Below are positions 58,709 to 64,000 of a stretch of DNA of 64,000 nucleotides, one piece after another. Source of the DNA: Candidatus Latescibacterota bacterium (GTDB lineage Bacteria; Latescibacterota; UBA2968); contig OZ244960.1 in NCBI GenBank assembly GCA_965222605.1, positions 4,896,001 to 4,960,000 of the forward strand, read 5' to 3'. Under the pieces are notes generated by a model. That model saw nothing but the letters and a program-made list of their open reading frames with translations. It did no database searches and was not told where the DNA came from. The position numbers and the translations under genes were made by a program. Numbering within the stretch: position 1 is the first letter of the stretch; each line of letters opens with the position of its first letter.

Positions 58709-59335
58709 CTACAGGCGGAAATACCAGGGTTTGTGTCGTTCTTTCCAGTCTTCAATTTTCTGGAACGCGACCGAAACAGCACCCTGAACCTCAGCAAGTT
58801 TGTTTTCTGCATCCTGAGCTTGAGCGAGCGCATCTCTGTATTGCCCGTTGTCGAGGCTGCTGCGCGCATCGCTTATGTTGGTCTCGGCCTGATTCAGGTC
58901 GGCGTTGAGCTGATCCATATCATCATCCGCGCCTTTTCCCCGAGGCGCCTCGCTCAAACTGACTCTGGTTTCTGAAATGCCGGGCATTACGCGTTCGATA
59001 ATTGCCTGAGTATCGGCCTCCAGTTGCCTATTGGTGTCAGCTTCTGATTTGGCGCGATTGGCTAACTCCTGAGCATCTACATAAAGAGGCTCGGCCTCAT
59101 CAAATTTATTAAAGAAGAAGAACTTTTTTTCTTCAAACTTCTTGGCGGCACTGTCTATGGCAGCAGTTGCTATACGATATGCGTCGGGCGCATAAGCCTC
59201 GGCCTGAGCCGCCTGAGCCGCAGCATAAGCTGCCTCAGTATCAGCTTTCAATTTTACCAATTGTTCGGAAGGCCCACAACCCGTTATGGCAAATGCCAAA
59301 ATCAGAACAGTGCAAAGGCTTAAAATGGATCGCAT
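58709..59335 (-). CDS. Alanine-rich helical lipoprotein (DUF4398-like)
   Basis: Lipobox ITGC; AQAEAYAP; AAGGAG RBS. Confidence 0.7.
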   Translation of the reverse strand: MRSILSLCTVLILAFAITGCGPSEQLVKLKADTEAAYAAAQAAQAEAYAPDAYRIATAAIDSAAKKFEEKKFFFFNKFDEAEPLYVDAQELANRAKSEADTNRQLEADTQAIIERVMPGISETRVSLSEAPRGKGADDDMDQLNADLNQAETNISDARSSLDNGQYRDALAQAQDAENKLAEVQGAVSVAFQKIEDWKERHKPWYFRL

Positions 59336-59391
59336 CCTTAGACTCCTTAGTTTGTCGTCAATGAGGGCTTTACGCATTGTCTTCTTTGCGG

Positions 59392-59420
59392 AAGATAAAA
59401 CACAAATTTCAGCTTGTCAA
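59392..59420 (-). promoter_or_regulatory. Putative sigma70 promoter
   Basis: TTGACA-N17-TATCTT on the minus strand. Confidence 0.55.
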
Positions 59421-59476
59421 CACCAATTTTGGGATATGGGAAATGGCATTGGGCTGTCGGTGAAGATGTATTTTAT

Positions 59477-60328
59477 TTATCGCCGTTCGCTTTTTTTGTA
59501 AAAGAGTTTGTTCAGTGGGCTTTTGGGAGCCGCAAGGTATTTGGCTTCATCGGGCGTCAGAGCTTTGTCAAAGACGGCGATTTCGTCGATTTGTCCGGGG
59601 TATTTGTAATGATTAAATCGCATCACGAGGGTTTCTATATCCCAGGTCACATTCTGCTGAAGCGGACCTTTGCGCCCTGCTTCTTTGCCATCTATATACA
59701 GTGCCCATTCTGCATCGGCCTTGCCGCTGTTAAAGTTGGACCATGTAATCGCGACGTGATGCCAGTCATTTGCACGCCAATTGACGGGAATAGAAATCAC
59801 GTATTTAGCGACTTCATTATCGCCAATTTCCTGTTTTTTATCGGGATAACATCCAAATCTGAGTGTGCCATCAACTTTTTTGAAATCGACGAATGCAACT
59901 GCATCATCCCACGGATATTTTTCGTCGTTTTTTTTTCCGACATGAAAAGGTTCGGGATAGTTGGATTCAAAGCTGGCGATGTCGGTTTGAAGCCAGAATG
60001 TAATGCTGCCAGACCACGCGCTGTTTGCACTGTAGGCGAGGTTATTTTTACCGCTGTAATCGAGTGCGCCTGCATTTGGGTTAAAAGCCAAATACCCGTC
60101 GGGATTGCCGCCCTGCTTAATGTGGTTGGTGTTGGCAGTGTCAAAGGTGGCCAACGGATCGCCAAGACTGTCGAGGGCGTCCACGCCTTTTTCAAAGTTG
60201 GCAAAAAAAAGTATGTGTGCTCGCAAGCTCTCTTCAATAGCCTTTTCGGGGCCACCACAAGCTGTTGTGAGCGTCAAAAATATGACGGTTAGAGTGCCGC
60301 GAGATAGATGGGGAAGGTGGAACGCCAT
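59477..60328 (-). CDS. LamG/concanavalin-like jellyroll lipoprotein
   Basis: Lipobox TTAC; SITFW, WHHVAITW, LYIDG, GQIDEIAVFDKALT. Confidence 0.8.
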   Translation of the reverse strand: MAFHLPHLSRGTLTVIFLTLTTACGGPEKAIEESLRAHILFFANFEKGVDALDSLGDPLATFDTANTNHIKQGGNPDGYLAFNPNAGALDYSGKNNLAYSANSAWSGSITFWLQTDIASFESNYPEPFHVGKKNDEKYPWDDAVAFVDFKKVDGTLRFGCYPDKKQEIGDNEVAKYVISIPVNWRANDWHHVAITWSNFNSGKADAEWALYIDGKEAGRKGPLQQNVTWDIETLVMRFNHYKYPGQIDEIAVFDKALTPDEAKYLAAPKSPLNKLFYKKSERR

Positions 60329-60484
60329 GTGTAAGGTCTCCAAAAAAGAAGTTCAGCGCATTGTGAAGTTGAGTACTTAAGTTGATATACTCCCAAAACG
60401 CGGGTATGTCAATAATAAAATAACGAGATTGCCAAGATAGCTTAAATGCTCGAAAAATCAATAGTGTGTGTCTCGGAAATTGTC

Positions 60485-60513
60485 TTGACATCTCAAAAGT
60501 TATTTATTAGCAT
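60485..60513 (+). promoter_or_regulatory. Putative sigma70 promoter
   Basis: TTGACA-N17-TAGCAT. Confidence 0.55.
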
Positions 60514-60563
60514 AAAAATCCAATTTTCCCAGTAAGTTCGGCATTTTAACAGGAGCCTCCTCG

Positions 60564-63500
60564 ATGCGTAAAATCGGCACAGGTATTCTCTGGATTATCA
60601 CGATTTTGATGTTGTCTTCGGTGACCATTTTTAATCCGGGACAGGTGACGGATTTTTTTGTAACGCTTTTTAATATTAAACCGAGTATTCCCGAACTCAA
60701 ACCCATTGAAATTTCAGAACGCGATCGGGAAATTCGGTCCATTGCCGAGTCCATTAAACAAGAAGATGTGCACCAAATCATTGCCGACCTGTCGGGGATG
60801 GGGTCTCGGGTGCCCGGCTATGTGGGGCATCGGCGGGCTTTTGAATATGTCAAACAGCATTTTGAGCAAATTGGTCTCGAAGACATTGAGGTCGAAGAGC
60901 ACACGGTAACGGTTCCCATTGACAAAGGTGCTTCACTCACTTTGGCGGATACTGGCGAAGAGATTGCGGTTTACGGTTTTTGGCCCAACCATATACAAAC
61001 GCCCTCTGTACCCAGTGCTGGGATTTCGGGGACACTTATTTATGGGGGCAAGGGGGCATTTTCAGAACTCAATGGCAAAAAGGTCGAAGGCAGCATTGTC
61101 ATAATGGATTTCGATTGTGACCAGAGCTATTTAAGCCCGCGTATGCTGGGGGCACAGGCCATTTTATTTTATGACAATGGGCGGGTTACACAGGGCCAGG
61201 CAATGGACAAGTTTTTGCCCGTGCCCGTTGATGTGCCCCGGTTCTGGGTCGAAAAAGACGATGCTTTGCGCTTGCTCGAATTGGCCCAAACGCAATCGCC
61301 CGAAGTGCGTTTAACGTCAAAGATGGATTGGGAAGAGGTGCCGACCTGGAATATTTTTGCAACCCTCCCCGGATCCGAAGACTATATCACAGAGCGCGAA
61401 GAGCGCAAGTGGAAAGACCAGCAGATTGTGCTGAGTGCTTTTTACGATGCCATTTCCGTTGTACCCGCTCTCGCGCCGGGTGCTGAAAATGCGTCGGGGA
61501 TGGCTGCACTTTTGCATACTGCCCGCGTTTTGAAACGGCATCCGCCAAAATATTCGGTGACCTTTTTGGCAACTGGCTCTCATTTTCAAGGCCTATCGGG
61601 TATCAATGATTTTGTATATCGCCATTCGCGCGAAAGCGATCATTTCCGCGAGTTGATTCCCGATAGTGTGTCGGTTGCCGGTGCGTATCTCGATGGCGAA
61701 CTTATTCCGCGCGACAGCGAAGAGTTTGAAGAACTTATTCCCGACAGCTATAAAATTGATTTCCGGTTATTCATCGGCTTAGATCTGTCGAGTGAATCCG
61801 ATGAGTTGGCGAGCTTTTCACACGGCACCTTTAACAACCCAAATTGGCAGACCGACAATTATCTGAATAATCTGTTGGCGCCTTATGCGGACAAATTCGA
61901 TAAATATATGGCCAAAGTATTTCCGGGCGAAGAAGTGCGCCATGTCGATGCGATTGCACCGCCAAAACGCACATGGAAAAATTTTATGCCCATTCGCATG
62001 GGATTTGACAGCGAGGCCGTTACTTTTGTTGGAAAAGAAGGCATTACTCTGGCGACGCCATCAACTGTGCGGCGTTTTGTCGATACGCCCATTGATCGCG
62101 TTGAGAATGTCAATATGGACAATTTGACGCGCCAGGTCCAAACGGCGATAGCAGCCATGATGAAAGCGGGTGAAGATCCCGAGTTTTTCAGGGTATCCAA
62201 ACTCAAATTGCAAGATCGCGGACACAGTTTGAAAGGGCGCGTATTGTGGTTTGATCGCAATGTCGATTTCGCGTTGCCTCGCGTGCCCGTGCCCGGTGGG
62301 GTTGCGACGTATCGGCAGCCGGGCAATGTTCACAGTTGTGCGGGGGTGAGGACGCTGATTGTTGACAAGACGACAGAAGGTCCCATTTACGATATCAAAT
62401 TGGCAAAAAATAAAACAGATGCAGACCCAAACTTGTATGGCGATCCAGATGGTGTCAAACAAACGGGAGAGTTTTTCTTTAATATTATGCGCAATCGGTT
62501 TACCAATCGCATTTTGGCTTATGATATTGACGAAGAGGGGAATATTACATCGGCACCCGACATGGGTTCTGAGGGCGATAAGAAATTTCCACTGACACAG
62601 CGATATGGCTGGTGGGAAAATGAAATGATGACGGTTCTGTTTAAGAGCCGTTCCATCAGTGTTTTTGAAATTATCGATTCGAGCTATTTGTCGGCACTCG
62701 ATTTTATGACGGTGCTCAACGACAACGATACGCAGCCCCTGGAATTTGGCTATGCGTATTTGCCGGGGCAAAGCACCAAAGAGGGCGATGTGACACGCGC
62801 TGCTGTGACGTTTGCGCGTGTGGATGAACACACGGGGGAAGCTGAGCGGTTGAAAGTTTTGATGAGCACGGGCTTGTTTGGTGTTAAGTATTTGTTGATT
62901 AATGCGCCCCAGAAGTTTTTGGACAATCCTGTTGATAAACGCGCGGTGAATCCCGATCTTCTGGAAGAGGCCCGAGGTGAAGGGTATGAACCCGGCGTCA
63001 TTTTCACGCCCTCGTATCAGGCCGCCAAAGATATGTGGGTGATTGACGATGTGCGGATGAAACAGTTGGCACAATTTGGTATTGAGAACAATCGCCTTAC
63101 CCTGTTGCACAACAGCGCGCGTGAGGCACTGCTTGAAGCGCGTCAGCATCTTGAAAATTTGGATTACGAAGGGTTTATGGCCGCATCTCGGCGGGCATGG
63201 GGGCTGGAGGCGCGGGGGTATCCCGAAGTGATGGCTACTGCCAATGATACTGTGCGGGGCATTATTTTTTATTTTATTTTGTTGTTGCCATTTTCATTTT
63301 TCTGCGAGCGGTTGTTGATTGGCGCGTCGAGTATTACCGCGCGCTTGAGCTGGTTTGCCGCGTTTTTTGGGTTTTTCTTTATCGTTCTGCGCTTTGTCCA
63401 TCCGGCTTTTCAGTTGAGCAATTCTCCCTATATTATTTTTCTCGCATTTGTGATTATGGCCCTCGGCGGTGTGGCAATGGTCATTGTGGTGTCTAAGTTC

Positions 63501-64000
63501 GGTGATGAAGTTCGCAAAATGAAACAGGCTTCTGCCGGAACTTATGAAGCCGATGTTGGGCGCATTAGCGCGACATCGGCCGCGGTTGTGCTGGGCATTT
63601 CAAATCTGCGAAAGCGCCCCATGCGCACGGGGTTGACGGCGATTACCTTGACCTTATTGACGTTTACGACCCTGTCTTTTACCTCGGTGCAGACGTCGTT
63701 GAAGTTTTACAAATTGCCCCGCGACAATGAGCCATCTTATCAGGGGGCACTCGTGCGCGACCGATCCTGGCGGGGGATGCAGGAATCTGTTCTCAATTAC
63801 CTCAATAGCGCTTTTAAAGGCCGCGCTGATATTGTGCCGCGATCGTGGTATTTGTCACAGGTGCGGGGCGAGCGCGCTTATGTGAATTTCTCTCGCTTGA
63901 CAGAGGCCACCGCCGATATGGGTCCCAAGGAGATTTACGTCGATTTCGATGTGGGTATTACCACGGGAAAAGACAGTTTTGTCAATGCGCTGCTGGGGCT
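60564..64000 (+). CDS. Large membrane protein: M28-peptidase-like domain fused to FtsX-like permease; runs off right edge
   Basis: Not in the ORF track. AGGAG RBS, MRKIGTGILW...; spot-checked segments in one frame give GSRVPGY, SAFYDAISVVPALAPGAENASG, TM helices and ISNLRKRPMRTGLT. Confidence 0.8.
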   Translation, partial: MRKIGTGILWIITILMLSSVTIFNPGQVTDFFVTLFNIKPSIPELKPIEISERDREIRSIAESIKQEDVHQIIADLSGMGSRVPGYVGHRRAFEYVKQHFEQIGLEDIEVEEHTVTVPIDKGASLTLADTGEEIAVYGFWPNHIQTPSVPSAGISGTLIYGGKGAFSELNGKKVEGSIVIMDFDCDQSYLSPRMLGAQAILFYDNGRVTQGQAMDKFLPVPVDVPRFWVEKDDALRLLELAQTQSPEVRLTSKMDWEEVPTWNIFATLPGSEDYITEREERKWKDQQIVLSAFYDAISVVPALAPGAENASGMAALLHTARVLKRHPPKYSVTFLATGSHFQGLSGINDFVYRHSRESDHFRELIPDSVSVAGAYLDGELIPRDSEEFEELIPDSYKIDFRLFIGLDLSSESDELASFSHGTFNNPNWQTDNYLNNLLAPYADKFDKYMAKVFPGEEVRHVDAIAPPKRTWKNFMPIRMGFDSEAVTFVGKEGITLATPSTVRRFVDTPIDRVENVNMDNLTRQVQTAIAAMMKAGEDPEFFRVSKLKLQDRGHSLKGRVLWFDRNVDFALPRVPVPGGVATYRQPGNVHSCAGVRTLIVDKTTEGPIYDIKLAKNKTDADPNLYGDPDGVKQTGEFFFNIMRNRFTNRILAYDIDEEGNITSAPDMGSEGDKKFPLTQRYGWWENEMMTVLFKSRSISVFEIIDSSYLSALDFMTVLNDNDTQPLEFGYAYLPGQSTKEGDVTRAAVTFARVDEHTGEAERLKVLMSTGLFGVKYLLINAPQKFLDNPVDKRAVNPDLLEEARGEGYEPGVIFTPSYQAAKDMWVIDDVRMKQLAQFGIENNRLTLLHNSAREALLEARQHLENLDYEGFMAASRRAWGLEARGYPEVMATANDTVRGIIFYFILLLPFSFFCERLLIGASSITARLSWFAAFFGFFFIVLRFVHPAFQLSNSPYIIFLAFVIMALGGVAMVIVVSKFGDEVRKMKQASAGTYEADVGRISATSAAVVLGISNLRKRPMRTGLTAITLTLLTFTTLSFTSVQTSLKFYKLPRDNEPSYQGALVRDRSWRGMQESVLNYLNSAFKGRADIVPRSWYLSQVRGERAYVNFSRLTEATADMGPKEIYVDFDVGITTGKDSFVNALLG

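Noticed and set aside
59414-60292. 292-aa plus-strand ORF
   Set aside because: Antisense shadow of the LamG lipoprotein.
62061-63149. 362-aa minus-strand ORF
   Set aside because: Antisense shadow of the M28/FtsX gene.
1-64000. CRISPR array, rRNA, prophage or defence system
   Set aside because: No regularly spaced repeats, rRNA-like sequence, cas, phage or nuclease genes were seen.

Overview
Bacterial chromosomal window of about 50-55% GC (estimated by eye). Gene content (GWxTD protein, PorV-like barrel, EF-hand/dockerin-like secreted protein, PhyH and Gfo/Idh/MocA paralogs) suggests an FCB-superphylum diderm such as a Latescibacterota/Gemmatimonadota-like lineage; this is inference only. 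Most of the window is housekeeping and envelope genes (gdhA fragment, nadB, guaA, ddl, ispDF, queA, uxuA, accD, aroQ, sucD, rpiA, era), plus tRNA-Thr(TGT) and one IS1380 element. The stand-out is a ~9 kb operon at 8.5-17.4 kb. It has a near-consensus sigma54 promoter, two GT-B glycosyltransferases (one with an extra C-terminal domain), two small precursor peptides, a cNMP-domain C39-peptidase ABC exporter, HlyD and a parvulin-like protein. The two precursors share a gapless double-glycine-type leader and an acidic D-x-x-D-x-x-x-D-x-V-S-[DE] core motif. This looks like an undescribed glycosylated RiPP or secreted-peptide system. Also notable are an L,D-transpeptidase with a catalytically dead paralog, a peptidase/propeller/Omp85 fusion next to TPR and GWxTD genes, and a large degenerate M28-peptidase/FtsX fusion that the ORF track missed because it runs off the right edge. 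All protein family calls come from motif recognition, not database searches.
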